Assembly (NCBI GenBank): GCA_046570105.1
Contig: JBKHVI010000003.1
Coordinates: forward strand, 1-64,000
Source: Bacteriovoracia bacterium
Lineage (GTDB): Bacteria; Bdellovibrionota; Bacteriovoracia; Bacteriovoracales; Bacteriovoracaceae
Length of the DNA: 64,000 bases
Direction of reading: 5' to 3'
The notes under the pieces were generated by a model. The model made no database searches. It was not told the DNA's origin and worked only from the letters and a program-made list of their open reading frames with translations. Below, in pieces: positions 1 through 10,289 of this stretch (position 1 is the stretch's first letter; each line of letters starts with the position of its first letter). The translations under genes and the position numbers were made by a program.

Positions 1-2
1 TG

Positions 3-1250
3 GTGGTCTCGGCAACATCGGGCACAACGAATAAATTAATTGAACTGGCCCGCACCGCTGAAAAAGGTGATTGGGAAAATTCTGAAAAACTCCTGTTTGA
101 AATGCGTGAGCGCCATTTCTCAATGGGCAAAGAGCTCACTGTTTCTGCTGAAACAACTGAACAGATGACAGAACTCCTCGATGAAGCCGAAACACTCGCT
201 CGTGGCATTCATCTCATGCGAGAGTGTTCTCCGCGCGCTTTTGATCGCATGCAATCTTTTGGCGAACGTCTCTCATCGCTCTTATTCACAGAAGCATTAG
301 CGAAAGTCTGGTCTGGCCATGAAGTCAAAAACCTCGATGTGAGAACTGTGCTTGCCACTGATTCACTCTATGGCAAGGCCGCTCCTCAGATTGAGAAAAC
401 GGCACAAAATGCAGCTCGAGTATTAACCAATATTCGCAGTGGCAAAACCACTTGGGTGACACAAGGATTTATTGGCCAGGATTCTCTAGGTCACACCACC
501 ACACTTGGTCGCGGAGGCTCTGATTACTCGGCATCACTATTAGGTGAAGCGATCAGCGCAGATGTTGTGGAGATCTGGACTGATGTGGATGGTATCGCCA
601 CCACCGATCCACGCCTTCACAAAGGTGCACGTGCGATTCGTGACATCACTTTCACTGAAGCTGCCGAGATGGCGGTCTTTGGAGCGAAAGTTCTTCATCC
701 CACAACAGTGCTACCCGCGATGAGAAAAGATATTGCCGTTTTTGTTGGTAGCTCGTTTGAGCCTGAGAAGGCCGGCACCTGGATTCGTCGTGAAGTTAAA
801 GACGCTCCTACTTTTCGTGCGGTCGCTTTGAAAAAAGACCAAGCACTGGTCACTCTTTCAACGCCCAAGATGTTAAACGTTCACGGTTTCTTGGCGCGCG
901 TTTTTAGTGTGTTTGAAAAACATCACGTCAGCGTTGATGCCATTACCACTTCTGAGATCTCTATCGCCATGACAGTCGATCGTCCGATGCTCACTCACGA
1001 GGCGCTCTTTCAAGACTTACGTGAACTGGGTGAAGTCAGTATCGAAGAAGGCTTCTCGTTAGTATCGTTAATCGGCAACAGTATGAATCATCGCCCGGGT
1101 CTTGCCGTTAAAATCTTTGGTGCCATCGAGGACATCAATGTCCGGATGATCTGCCTGGGTGCCTCAAAACATAACTTCTGTGTGCTCGTACATGAGTCAC
1201 AGGGGGCAGAAGTTGTCGCAAGGCTCCACAGAGGCCTGATCGAGGCTTAA
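3..1250 (+). CDS. lysC: Aspartate kinase (LysC/AKIII-like), 5'-truncated by the window edge
   Basis: VVSAxxGTTN, GERLSS, TTLGRGGSDYSA, WTDVDG and GAKVLHP motifs; two C-terminal ACT domains. Confidence 0.93.
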   Translation: MVSATSGTTNKLIELARTAEKGDWENSEKLLFEMRERHFSMGKELTVSAETTEQMTELLDEAETLARGIHLMRECSPRAFDRMQSFGERLSSLLFTEALAKVWSGHEVKNLDVRTVLATDSLYGKAAPQIEKTAQNAARVLTNIRSGKTTWVTQGFIGQDSLGHTTTLGRGGSDYSASLLGEAISADVVEIWTDVDGIATTDPRLHKGARAIRDITFTEAAEMAVFGAKVLHPTTVLPAMRKDIAVFVGSSFEPEKAGTWIRREVKDAPTFRAVALKKDQALVTLSTPKMLNVHGFLARVFSVFEKHHVSVDAITTSEISIAMTVDRPMLTHEALFQDLRELGEVSIEEGFSLVSLIGNSMNHRPGLAVKIFGAIEDINVRMICLGASKHNFCVLVHESQGAEVVARLHRGLIEA

Positions 1251-1298
1251 ATAACCCATTGAAAAGACGTTGGGCAACCCAAACCATAGAAAAATAAC

Positions 1299-1325
1299 TA
1301 AAACTATTGTTTGGGTAGCCGAACA
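1299..1325 (+). promoter_or_regulatory. Candidate sigma28 (FliA) promoter upstream of bfd
   Basis: TAAAACTA-N11-GCCGAACA, matching TAAA-N15-GCCGATAA in spacing. Confidence 0.5.
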
Positions 1326-1358
1326 GATATACACTCTTACTCAGAAGAGAGGTTCCGA

Positions 1359-1577
1359 GTGTACGTCTGTATCTGTAAAGGCATTACCCAAAAACAACTA
1401 GAAGACGCTGTCGCTAGCCGTAAAGGTCAAGCGACTAAAGATGTTATGCGCGCTCTTGGCCTGGGCTCTGATTGCGGCACTTGTGTTGAAGATGCCATCA
1501 AACAAATGTTGCAGACATCGAACAAAAAATCTCATCACTCTCACTCTGAGAAATCTTCCACTCCATCACGCGAGTAG
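1359..1577 (+). CDS. bfd: Bacterioferritin-associated ferredoxin (2Fe-2S)
   Basis: GTG start; (M)YVCICKG...GSDCGTC motif; directly upstream of bfr. Confidence 0.9.
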   Translation: MYVCICKGITQKQLEDAVASRKGQATKDVMRALGLGSDCGTCVEDAIKQMLQTSNKKSHHSHSEKSSTPSRE

Positions 1578-1635
1578 GACTTCCCTACACTCTTCGATAC
1601 GTCTATTCTGAATGAAATCATTCAGGGAGAAACTT

Positions 1636-2121
1636 ATGAAAGGTTCAGTCAAAATTATTGAAGCACTCAACTCTGTGCTGATGAAAGAACTCACCGCCAT
1701 CAATCAATATTTCCTCCACGCTCGTATGCTGGAGAATTGGGGTCTCGCAAAAATTGGCAAACTTGAGTACGCCGCTTCGATCGATGAAATGAAGCACGCT
1801 GATATGGTTATCAAGCGCATCTTGTTCCTCGAAGGTTTGCCGAATCTCCAAAAACTTGGAAAATTGCGTGTGGGCCAAGATATCAAGGAAGTACTTGCCG
1901 CTGACCTAGAGGTTGAGTACGAAGCGATTCCACATCTTAAGAACTGTATAAAGCTCGCCGAAACGGAAAGGGACTACGTCAGCCGTGACCTTTTTCTGTC
2001 CATTCTCGCTTCGGAAGAGAAGCATGTAGATTGGTTGGAAACCCAACAAGAGCTCTTGAAGCGTGTGGGTCCACAAAACTATATGCAATCACAAATGGAA
2101 CCAGACAAAGGCGCGGATTAA
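1636..2121 (+). CDS. bfr: Bacterioferritin
   Basis: MKG...ELTAINQYFLH, SIDEMKHAD, RILFLEGLPNLQ and EEKHVDWLE motifs; GGAGA RBS. Confidence 0.96.
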   Translation: MKGSVKIIEALNSVLMKELTAINQYFLHARMLENWGLAKIGKLEYAASIDEMKHADMVIKRILFLEGLPNLQKLGKLRVGQDIKEVLAADLEVEYEAIPHLKNCIKLAETERDYVSRDLFLSILASEEKHVDWLETQQELLKRVGPQNYMQSQMEPDKGAD

Positions 2122-2135
2122 CATCTGGAGGCCTT

Positions 2136-2396
2136 ATGAAATTTTTCGCTGTATTGCTTACGTTCTCGCTCATCACTGTCGCTTGTAACAAAAAAGAAGA
2201 AGCGGCTGCACCTGAAGCCGGTGTGACTGAAGTCGCTCCTTCAAGTGCTGCTATGGAATCTCACGACAAAGAACATCATCATGTGACTGAAGGTGCAGAT
2301 CATGCGCATGAAGACGCTCACCACGGTGATCATGACCACGCCGCTCATCATCCTAACCATGATGCAGAAGTCGGCAGCGACACTCATTCGAATTAG
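2136..2396 (+). CDS. Small His-rich lipoprotein
   Basis: GGAGG RBS; lipobox ITVAC; C-terminal half rich in His/Asp/Glu. Confidence 0.8.
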   Translation: MKFFAVLLTFSLITVACNKKEEAAAPEAGVTEVAPSSAAMESHDKEHHHVTEGADHAHEDAHHGDHDHAAHHPNHDAEVGSDTHSN

Positions 2397-2401
2397 TCTT
2401 A

Positions 2402-2424
2402 AGAGGCCCCGAAAGGGGCCTCTC
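2402..2424. terminator. Hairpin terminator between convergent genes
   Basis: AGAGGCCCC-GAAA-GGGGCCTCT perfect stem with a GAAA loop. Confidence 0.7.
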
Positions 2425-3687
2425 TCATTTCTGCCACATCTTTAAAGAAAACGGCGCAAACTTCTCACTGATGCGTTCTGCTTGCTGAATCCGACGCTGA
2501 TACTGACCTTCAAGATCAGCATCATGGCGATGCTTATGACTATGAATCGAAGAGAACCAGCTATAACAAAGGAAATAACAAGCGACACCAATCAGCCAGG
2601 GTTTAAGATTTGGTCGCTCGATGGTTACGCTCGCAATTGGTAACAAGGCAAAGGGATACACTAAATAGAGATGCCAGAAATTAAAAGGCACAGGTGAGAG
2701 AGCAGAAACAGACATGAGTGCGATCAGTGCACACACACAAAGTGTTTTAAGTTTTGCATCCGTTGAATGCCTAAAGAAGCGATAGTTACAATAAGCGACG
2801 TAGACAAGAGACGGGACAGCAACCAGCCATTTCACCACAAACCATATCTGCTCCCAAAGAGTGGCACTCGCCCAGATGATTTTTGGAAGTTGAAATGTTG
2901 TTGCACCAAAATAGAATGACGGATAACGAAACCAATACAGCAAACCCTTTACTGCTTCACCCACATTAAAGAGATTACCAAACAATGAAACTTTGCCTTG
3001 GTTCATTTCCATGATCGCCGGGTTGTGTTTCAGAGCAATAAAAGTCGGAATCAACATCACTAACAAAACACCAATGGATAAAAAAGCGGCTCGCAAATCT
3101 ACTTTGATTTGTTTTCTGGCCCACAAGAGCAAAGTTAGGATGACGAGAAACAAATGCGAGTTATGAATTTGAATAGTGAATGCTACTGAGAGTCCAATGA
3201 GGAACGTACCTAGAAAATTGTCTCCGCGATAACAACGATCAAGTCCATAAAGCCACAAACATGAAAGCGGTAACAACAACGAAGGGTTCCAAATAAACAC
3301 TTCACTGGCGCGCCAAGGTGAGCACCAAAAAAGAAAAGCAAAGATCAGAAAGAATTGCGTCGAGACATTTAGAAATTTGGCGCGAGTAAGCAGCCACAGA
3401 CCTGCCAGTTGCGTTAGCAGAATCCCACCGAGTAAAGCTTTCGTACCACCGATCGCCAAAAATATTCCTGTATAGATCGAAACAAAGGATCCCCAGATAA
3501 AATTAGTTTTAGAAGATCGAGGTCCAAAGGGAACAAGCTCACCTTGGGTGAATAAAAATCCACGCTCTAAAAGCTGGCCCGCATCCACCACCATCACATG
3601 GCGACAAGCATAAATAACTGAGCAGATAACCCCTAAAAGGATTATCGCCACCATGGGAGGTACTTTCATTGTTCCTAGTTTCATCAT
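2425..3687 (-). CDS. Polytopic membrane protein, probable GT-C (ArnT/PMT-like) glycosyltransferase
   Basis: Many hydrophobic segments; PFGPRSS, IWNPSLL and QIH motifs resembling ArnT-like proteins. Confidence 0.55.
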   Translation of the reverse strand: MMKLGTMKVPPMVAIILLGVICSVIYACRHVMVVDAGQLLERGFLFTQGELVPFGPRSSKTNFIWGSFVSIYTGIFLAIGGTKALLGGILLTQLAGLWLLTRAKFLNVSTQFFLIFAFLFWCSPWRASEVFIWNPSLLLPLSCLWLYGLDRCYRGDNFLGTFLIGLSVAFTIQIHNSHLFLVILTLLLWARKQIKVDLRAAFLSIGVLLVMLIPTFIALKHNPAIMEMNQGKVSLFGNLFNVGEAVKGLLYWFRYPSFYFGATTFQLPKIIWASATLWEQIWFVVKWLVAVPSLVYVAYCNYRFFRHSTDAKLKTLCVCALIALMSVSALSPVPFNFWHLYLVYPFALLPIASVTIERPNLKPWLIGVACYFLCYSWFSSIHSHKHRHDADLEGQYQRRIQQAERISEKFAPFSLKMWQK

Positions 3688-3733
3688 TTCATCCTAACAT
3701 GGCCTAGAGGGATTTTTAAAAGAGGAAATCACC

Positions 3734-4141
3734 ATGATTCGCCATCAAACAATTCGTTTAAGTGCTCGCCCAAAGGGCTGTCACATCATAACGGATGATG
3801 TGCTCAAGGTTGTGCAGCTTCCACTAGAAGGTGTGCTTCATCTTTTCCTTCAACACACATCTGCTGGACTTAGTATTCAAGAAAACGCCTCACAAGAAGT
3901 CCTCACCGATCTCGATGCGGCCCTCGATCGCCTGGCACCTCATGATGAATCTCTCTACACTCACACTGAAGAAGGCCCTGACGATATGCCAGCGCATGTC
4001 AAAGCGGCTCTTTGTGGAATTTCTGTTTCTGTCCCCATTCATCAAGGAAAATTGATGCTGGGCCGCTGGCAGGGCATCTATCTTATGGAGTTTCGTGAGA
4101 AGGCACAAGGACGCACCATCGTTGCGACGGTGTGGGAATGA
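3734..4141 (+). CDS. yjbQ: YjbQ (UPF0047) family protein
   Basis: HTSAGLSIQENA, YTHTEEGPDDMPAHVKA and LGRWQGIYL motifs. Confidence 0.92.
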   Translation: MIRHQTIRLSARPKGCHIITDDVLKVVQLPLEGVLHLFLQHTSAGLSIQENASQEVLTDLDAALDRLAPHDESLYTHTEEGPDDMPAHVKAALCGISVSVPIHQGKLMLGRWQGIYLMEFREKAQGRTIVATVWE

Positions 4142-4623
4142 TCTGGCCTATTCTTGCTCTCATTCTAAGTTCCGTGTGGCTTGCCTGGACAGTATTAGTC
4201 GATTTTTTTGTTGTGCCCGCGGTATTTCAAAATGTAGCGCAATTTTTTGAGGCAGGTAAACTCGGTGTCGTGTTATTTAATCGACTCAATATGCTGGAGT
4301 TCCCGCTCGCTTCAGCGCTTTTAGTTTTCATCATTCTCAGTTTCAAAAGATTTAGCTCACTCAAATGGCTTATTCCCGTCTCAGTGGTGCTAGTGGGGAT
4401 TGCTGGTATTTATCTCTTCTCACTGACTCCCAAACTCACTGCACTTACTACCGCCTGGGAGTACGCTGATAAGATGGGAACCCTGGGTACTGGTGGCGAG
4501 GACGTCCAACAACTCCATCAAACCTACCATAACGCTTATATTGCTCTAGATACTGCGAAACTTGTGCTTCTGACCGCCCAAACGATCGTTTTAGGGGTTT
4601 TCAGCTCCCGCGCAAATCGTTAA
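4138..4623 (+). CDS. DUF4149/TMEM205-like membrane protein
   Basis: Four hydrophobic helices; VPAVF...AG..G..LF and H..Y pattern; ATGA coupling to yjbQ. Confidence 0.6.
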   Translation: MIWPILALILSSVWLAWTVLVDFFVVPAVFQNVAQFFEAGKLGVVLFNRLNMLEFPLASALLVFIILSFKRFSSLKWLIPVSVVLVGIAGIYLFSLTPKLTALTTAWEYADKMGTLGTGGEDVQQLHQTYHNAYIALDTAKLVLLTAQTIVLGVFSSRANR

Positions 4624-4634
4624 AGTCGCCGCCT

Positions 4635-5597
4635 ATGAAGGCACTAGATCTCCCCCGTGGCTCGATCATTTTTGCTCCGATGGAAGGAGTCACTGACTCA
4701 GTTTATCGCGAAACTGTGCTCGAAACATGTCCCGGTTGGGACGTGCTCGCTTGCGATTTTTTGCGCGTGCCAAGTGCTGGCCGCTATCCCATGAAACATA
4801 TTTTGGCCCACATGGGTTCACACTTCATGCAAGATGAGCTGAATGCTCGTACCATGTTTCAAATTCTCACTTCGGAAAATGCCCACACAGTAGAAATGGT
4901 GAAACAAGTGGCTGATGCCGGCATGGCGTGGCTGGATTTGAATTTGGGGTGTCCGTCGAAAACGGTTTGTAAGAACGGCGGCGGATCGTTCTTGCTAAAA
5001 AATCTTTCCACTCTTGAGCGCATCGTAACGGATGTTCGCAAAAACTTTCCCAGACGCTTTACCTGTAAAGTACGTGTGGGTTGGGCCGACGGTGGGAGTT
5101 TCACTGACACCATTAAGCTTTTGAATGATGCTGGTGCCGAGATGATCACTGTTCACGGGCGCACTCGTGAGATGATGTACAAAGAACCTGCCCAATGGAA
5201 ATGGATTGAAGAAGCCGTCAAAGTTTCACAAGTTCCAATCATTGGTAACGGTGATATATGGAATGCCCACGATGCTCACCGCATGCTGCATGAAACTGGC
5301 TGTCATTCAGTGATGGTCGCTAGAGGTGCACTTAAAACGCCTTGGTTCCCGCTACACTACAAAGATCATCTGCCTGAATCACCCACTGCCCGCCTTGAGA
5401 TGGCACGACTCTTCTTGGGTCGCTATGCCGAGAAGCTCACGCAAGCTGGTATTCACGAAGGCGGTGTCGTTCGCCAGCTAAAAAGTGTGACTCGTTATAT
5501 TTTTGATGAACTTCCGGAAGGCCAAGCACTTCGTCGTCGTGTACTGCTCTCGCACACTTCAGCTGCGATCTTTCACGAGATTAATTCTTCTTGTTAA
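4635..5597 (+). CDS. tRNA-dihydrouridine synthase (DusB/C family)
   Basis: APMEGVTD, DLNLGCP, VHGRT, GNGDI and VMVARG motifs. Confidence 0.92.
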   Translation: MKALDLPRGSIIFAPMEGVTDSVYRETVLETCPGWDVLACDFLRVPSAGRYPMKHILAHMGSHFMQDELNARTMFQILTSENAHTVEMVKQVADAGMAWLDLNLGCPSKTVCKNGGGSFLLKNLSTLERIVTDVRKNFPRRFTCKVRVGWADGGSFTDTIKLLNDAGAEMITVHGRTREMMYKEPAQWKWIEEAVKVSQVPIIGNGDIWNAHDAHRMLHETGCHSVMVARGALKTPWFPLHYKDHLPESPTARLEMARLFLGRYAEKLTQAGIHEGGVVRQLKSVTRYIFDELPEGQALRRRVLLSHTSAAIFHEINSSC

Positions 5598-7686
5598 AAC
5601 CGTAATCCAGCAAACGATCAAACAACAATGACTGGACATATTCTTCGCGGCGATAGCTGTTGTAAAAACAAGGATCATTGTAATCAATCGGCAGCTCTAT
5701 CGGACGACGGTAATTACGCATGATTTGATAAAGAGGTAGCGTTTTTTGAGCGGCCTGACACTTACGATAAAGGCTTCCATTACTGCGTTTGAGGTAATCA
5801 GAGAATAAGGCGCACACATGACCTGCGGTCTTGCCTTTAAGAATTCCACCTAAGATAGCTGAGTCTGCACTTAAGGCATCCGACACCATTCGATGAATAT
5901 CTTTTTTAAAGCTGCGTTCAAAGCTCTGCTTAGTGGCTTCAAACCCTTCTAGGCGAAATGCCTGACCAGAGCTGGATAGGTTCTTATAAAGATTAATCAC
6001 TCGAATCTCTGCTCCGCGATTAATCACATAAGTACTGTAAGAGGGATGATCCGGATTCTCACGCTCTTCAATGTCACGACTCAAATAAAAGTGATCGACC
6101 GCTCTGAAGGGACGCTCAAAGCGCTCGAATGCAACTTGTGGAATGAGTAATACCGTTTGTGTCGTTACCTGAGCGATTGAGCCATAGCTGAATTCAGCAA
6201 ACATCGCATCACCAAGACTATCGACACGAGAAATATAGTCTTCATAAGACTCATTAGGTAATTGATAAGCATCTACGAAAGCGCGAATTTTCTCAAGCAT
6301 ACGCAAAGTTGCGGTGAACAATGCCTGATACTGACGAGGCAGATCTGTTTTAGCAGCTGGAAATTCGCGCAAGAAGTTTTCCATGAATTCAAACTCTTTA
6401 CTGATATTTCTCGAACTAAGAATCAATTCATCTCGCAAATCTTTGAACGATCTTTTTTCACGAATAGTGGCAATAACCGTGGTGATGATCACTTTTAAGT
6501 TATCGATTCTTACAACGGTATTTTCATAGCGTTCGCGTATCGTTAGCGGACGGTTGCCTTCGCCAGTTTCAAGAATTTCAATTCCTCGATTGGACATTTC
6601 ATTTAACCAACGAGAAAGAACTTCATTGGTTGAATCAGCAGGAGGAATTTGAATATCAAATGGACGAATTCGAACAGCGGCGAAATAACGGAAGATCAGG
6701 TTCAGATCGATGGTCACGGCACTCCCCATCTCTCCGACTTTCGTCATGATCTGTTGAACGCGCGAAAGCATCTGCTGTGCACGTAGATAGCGATCATATT
6801 CGCCTTCTCTACTCTCCTGAAAACGATTATTGATAATGTCTTCAACTCTTTGAGTATCAGCAATGCTCTCACCTGCGCGCTTGAGCTCACAGGCCTGATT
6901 CGTCAAGGCCTGGTAGGTACAAGCAATTATCTGATTATTGCGTTGAGCGATCATTTGCGTGAGAGCTTTTTTAACACCGGTATTACTCAAGATCATAGCG
7001 ATCTCAGTCCCCACCTGGATGGTCGCTGCTGCTGCCGGCATATAGAGCTGGCCAGTCAGAACACCAATATAAGAAGTGGCATTGAGCAAGAGAGGCATCG
7101 CCTGCTTCCAGCCACCGATTTTGCCGATGCAATTAGTAGGCATTTGCGAGAGGCTTTGTACCATTCCAGAAATATGGCTAAATAACTGCAGCTGATTCTG
7201 ACTCAATTGCGTAACGGGCGATGTGCGATTATAGAGTTCAACTTCGTACTCGTTTTCGAGTAACCCTGTACGCAGGGTATCCATCTGTGTCTGCAATGTC
7301 AGAATTCGCGCGCTATCATTGACGTTATTTGGATCAAGCAGCGCGAGTTCAGTTTGCAATGAGACTAGATAGTCTCCATACATTTCACCATACAGCTTGC
7401 GAGCATCCTGAGCTGTTACGTTTTCATCCACGAGCTTTAACATGTTCTCGACATTTGAATTAAGCGTTCGATAGGCCGCCTGACATTGATTATCGCCATC
7501 AATTCGTGTCTCAATTTGCGATCTAATCAACTCTTGAAAAGACTCAAGAGAAAATTCATCGCGATGAATGAAACTGCAGTTCTGCAGAAGATTGGAATTT
7601 TTAAGCGTGAAATGTCCTTGCGCCTGAGCAGACACACACATAAAGGCACAAGCAATGGCCATCATACACAAACGGACAAATTCCAT
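5581..7686 (-). CDS. Large secreted hypothetical protein (701 aa)
   Basis: Signal peptide (…SAQA); predominantly helical composition with paired Cys; no family recognised. Confidence 0.8.
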   Translation of the reverse strand: MEFVRLCMMAIACAFMCVSAQAQGHFTLKNSNLLQNCSFIHRDEFSLESFQELIRSQIETRIDGDNQCQAAYRTLNSNVENMLKLVDENVTAQDARKLYGEMYGDYLVSLQTELALLDPNNVNDSARILTLQTQMDTLRTGLLENEYEVELYNRTSPVTQLSQNQLQLFSHISGMVQSLSQMPTNCIGKIGGWKQAMPLLLNATSYIGVLTGQLYMPAAAATIQVGTEIAMILSNTGVKKALTQMIAQRNNQIIACTYQALTNQACELKRAGESIADTQRVEDIINNRFQESREGEYDRYLRAQQMLSRVQQIMTKVGEMGSAVTIDLNLIFRYFAAVRIRPFDIQIPPADSTNEVLSRWLNEMSNRGIEILETGEGNRPLTIRERYENTVVRIDNLKVIITTVIATIREKRSFKDLRDELILSSRNISKEFEFMENFLREFPAAKTDLPRQYQALFTATLRMLEKIRAFVDAYQLPNESYEDYISRVDSLGDAMFAEFSYGSIAQVTTQTVLLIPQVAFERFERPFRAVDHFYLSRDIEERENPDHPSYSTYVINRGAEIRVINLYKNLSSSGQAFRLEGFEATKQSFERSFKKDIHRMVSDALSADSAILGGILKGKTAGHVCALFSDYLKRSNGSLYRKCQAAQKTLPLYQIMRNYRRPIELPIDYNDPCFYNSYRREEYVQSLLFDRLLDYGFNKKN

Positions 7687-7746
7687 GGCGCCCTCATATC
7701 ACCAAGGGCCAAACGGATGTTAAGAAGTGGTAAAAATGACAGAGGC

Positions 7747-8694
7747 CTAGATGATATGGGCCTGAGAGAAAGCCACGCGTTCTTTAGCAGTTAGCCCACT
7801 TGGAGCATCTTTAAGGATCTTTTCAAGACGAGGCAACAGGCCTTTCTGATTAGCAATCTGGATGGCCAGCCCAGGTCTCGCGTTAAGTTCGAGGATAATT
7901 GGCCCCTGATCAGGAGTCAGAACAATATCCACGCCTAAGTATCCAAGCCCCACCATATCATAGCAGCGAGCGGCGAGTTCTAGCACTTCTTGCCAATGAG
8001 GTATCACGACCCCACTCAAAGCTTGGCCGGTGTCCGGATGAGCTGTAACGACCTGACCATTAATAACCGCATTATTGGTGGTGCCCGTTTGCAGATCAAT
8101 CCCCGCTCCAATAGCACCTTGATGGAGATTGGCCTTACCGTCTGATTTTTTAGTGGGTAAACGCACCATACTCATGACAGGAAAACCTTGGTTCACAATC
8201 ACGCGCACGTCTGGGATTCCACCAAAACAGATATCTTTAAAGATGGGATGCATGTCGATTTTCTGCTGCAGAATCGTCACATCAGGCCTTCCTGAAAGTG
8301 AATACAGTCCTGAAATAATACCAGAAATATGGTGGCGCACTTCCTCCATACTCATGATCTTGCCACTTGAGCGTCGAAAACTTATCCATCCGTTTTCATC
8401 TTTGATGACTTCGGTGATCACAATAATACCATTTCCCTGTGAGCCGTTCGCAGGCTTAATCACAAAGGAAGAAAGATTGGTTACTAATTGTGGAAGTTTT
8501 TTTAAATCACCTACACTGCCAATTTCGAGATAATTCTCCGGCATGGGCACTCCCCACGCACTGGCACGAGCGGCCGTCTTCACCTTGTCATCAACCAAGG
8601 GATAATTTCTGCGGTCGTTTTGGCGCAAAATAAAGCGGCCAATACGATTATTGATTCCTAGGATTCCCAGTTCTCGCATTTCGCGAAAAATCAC
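7747..8694 (-). CDS. Alpha-L-glutamate ligase-like ATP-grasp protein (RimK-related)
   Basis: GILGINNR, YPLVDDK, FVIKPANGSQGNGI, GIPDVRVI, KANLHQGAIG and LELNARPGL motifs. Confidence 0.92.
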   Translation of the reverse strand: MIFREMRELGILGINNRIGRFILRQNDRRNYPLVDDKVKTAARASAWGVPMPENYLEIGSVGDLKKLPQLVTNLSSFVIKPANGSQGNGIIVITEVIKDENGWISFRRSSGKIMSMEEVRHHISGIISGLYSLSGRPDVTILQQKIDMHPIFKDICFGGIPDVRVIVNQGFPVMSMVRLPTKKSDGKANLHQGAIGAGIDLQTGTTNNAVINGQVVTAHPDTGQALSGVVIPHWQEVLELAARCYDMVGLGYLGVDIVLTPDQGPIILELNARPGLAIQIANQKGLLPRLEKILKDAPSGLTAKERVAFSQAHII

Positions 8695-10286
8695 ATTCCC
8701 GCCTTGGCCTTAAGCTGCTTCACAAGACCACGGAAGCGAATAAATTCTGATAAGCGATAGCCTTTATATTTCCCGATCAACACTAAGAAACCCATGATCA
8801 TGAAAAGTAACTCAGGATTGGTGAAAACCAAGATCTCAAGAGTGGAGATTGAGTAAAGACCAAAAGTCAGTACAGAAATGATCATCGTGCCTAGTAACGT
8901 CTTCATCGTATTGACCGTGCCATCCTCGGTCAGCATGATGCTAAATCGCTCAATAAACACTGTCACAATAACGATCGGGAAATAGCCGATATGTGAAGCA
9001 CCAAAAGCTTCTGCAATGCCAGTAAAGGCAATCAACATCAAAAGCAGGATCACGAGAGTAAGGATAATTGAGAGTCTTGGAATGGCGAGTAGATAAAGCT
9101 TATCGAGGAAATAGCGCTCGGCGATTCCAATTCCCACGACAGAGAGGAAAAAGAACAGACCAAATCCCAAGGAAGTCTCTTTGAAGAAAACAGTGAGAAG
9201 AATGGGCGTAAACATACCGAAAGTCGGCACCCCCAAAATATTTCGTGCTAAACAGAGAACTAATGCTCCCAAGGGAATCAACAGGATCGTTTCAAAGATC
9301 TCTTGAACATGAGGCGGTAAACGATAGAGTGAGATGAATGAAAAGAAAGTACCTTTACGGATAACTTCTTTACGAAATTCTTCTTTATTAAATTTATTAA
9401 TAACGGCGCGATCAGCACGAATGGTATAAACCACATTCTTGCGATTGATGCTTTTTTCTATTTCTTCATAGTGACGATGAACGACTAAATAACGATCGGG
9501 TCTTTCACCAAAGTGTCCACGATTGGTATCCACTGGAATCCAACGGTTATTCAAAAACACTTCATTGGCAAAAGTGAGCTGCATTTTCTCTTCAGGAGGA
9601 TCATTGATCAAAGGCAAGCGCAACATGGCAATGATACGAACAGGTACATCTTTACGGCGCAACATGTAGCTATAAAGACGGGCCTTTACGAGAGGTGAGC
9701 CTTTACCTACAGAGAGCGCGTCTTTAATCGTTTTAAACTTAATATTTCGCTGAATCTCTTCATCGATATAGTAGAACGCTTTACGAGCGATCATGGACTT
9801 GTCTTCGTTGCCTTCAAAAATGGCATTTTCCAATAGGACAATCGCCTCTTCATCTTCCGGCGAGATCACAGGCTTTTTGAGATATTTTTTTACTTGTTTG
9901 GGATAATTGACTGTGTTGTCTTTACTGATTTTCTTAATGACGATCGGCTGGATATCAATGCGAGCACTATAACTTACTCGCTTCGCAATAGGTTCTTCAC
10001 CTAGCCAGGTCAGAACGGCCGAGTCTGAGTTACGGTCAATTAATGTATCGTAGCCCTTTCCCTTAATCCGCTCGTCAGAAATCTTGAGATCTTCTCCGGC
10101 CCGTGGAATCGGAAAAGAGACAGTGGTTGCTGTTGGATCTTTGGGTCTCAAAGTAATATCAAAGTTCCAAACATCGTCTACTTTTTGCGGTAATAGACTT
10201 AAGTTTAAAAATTGTGATTTATAAATCAAAAGCCCCGTCGGGAACAAAAACAAAAGGGCCACAATCCAGGGAGTAAGGCGTTTCAT
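8691..10286 (-). CDS. Inactive transglutaminase-like domain fused to a 7TM domain
   Basis: N-terminal TM; transglutaminase-like EVFLNNRWIPVD with no catalytic Cys; 7TM signature LLIPLGA..RNILGVPTFGMFTP, FPIVI.T..IER, Y.GYRL.E..RF. Confidence 0.88.
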   Translation of the reverse strand: MKRLTPWIVALLFLFPTGLLIYKSQFLNLSLLPQKVDDVWNFDITLRPKDPTATTVSFPIPRAGEDLKISDERIKGKGYDTLIDRNSDSAVLTWLGEEPIAKRVSYSARIDIQPIVIKKISKDNTVNYPKQVKKYLKKPVISPEDEEAIVLLENAIFEGNEDKSMIARKAFYYIDEEIQRNIKFKTIKDALSVGKGSPLVKARLYSYMLRRKDVPVRIIAMLRLPLINDPPEEKMQLTFANEVFLNNRWIPVDTNRGHFGERPDRYLVVHRHYEEIEKSINRKNVVYTIRADRAVINKFNKEEFRKEVIRKGTFFSFISLYRLPPHVQEIFETILLIPLGALVLCLARNILGVPTFGMFTPILLTVFFKETSLGFGLFFFLSVVGIGIAERYFLDKLYLLAIPRLSIILTLVILLLMLIAFTGIAEAFGASHIGYFPIVIVTVFIERFSIMLTEDGTVNTMKTLLGTMIISVLTFGLYSISTLEILVFTNPELLFMIMGFLVLIGKYKGYRLSEFIRFRGLVKQLKAKAGM

Positions 10287-10289
10287 GAG

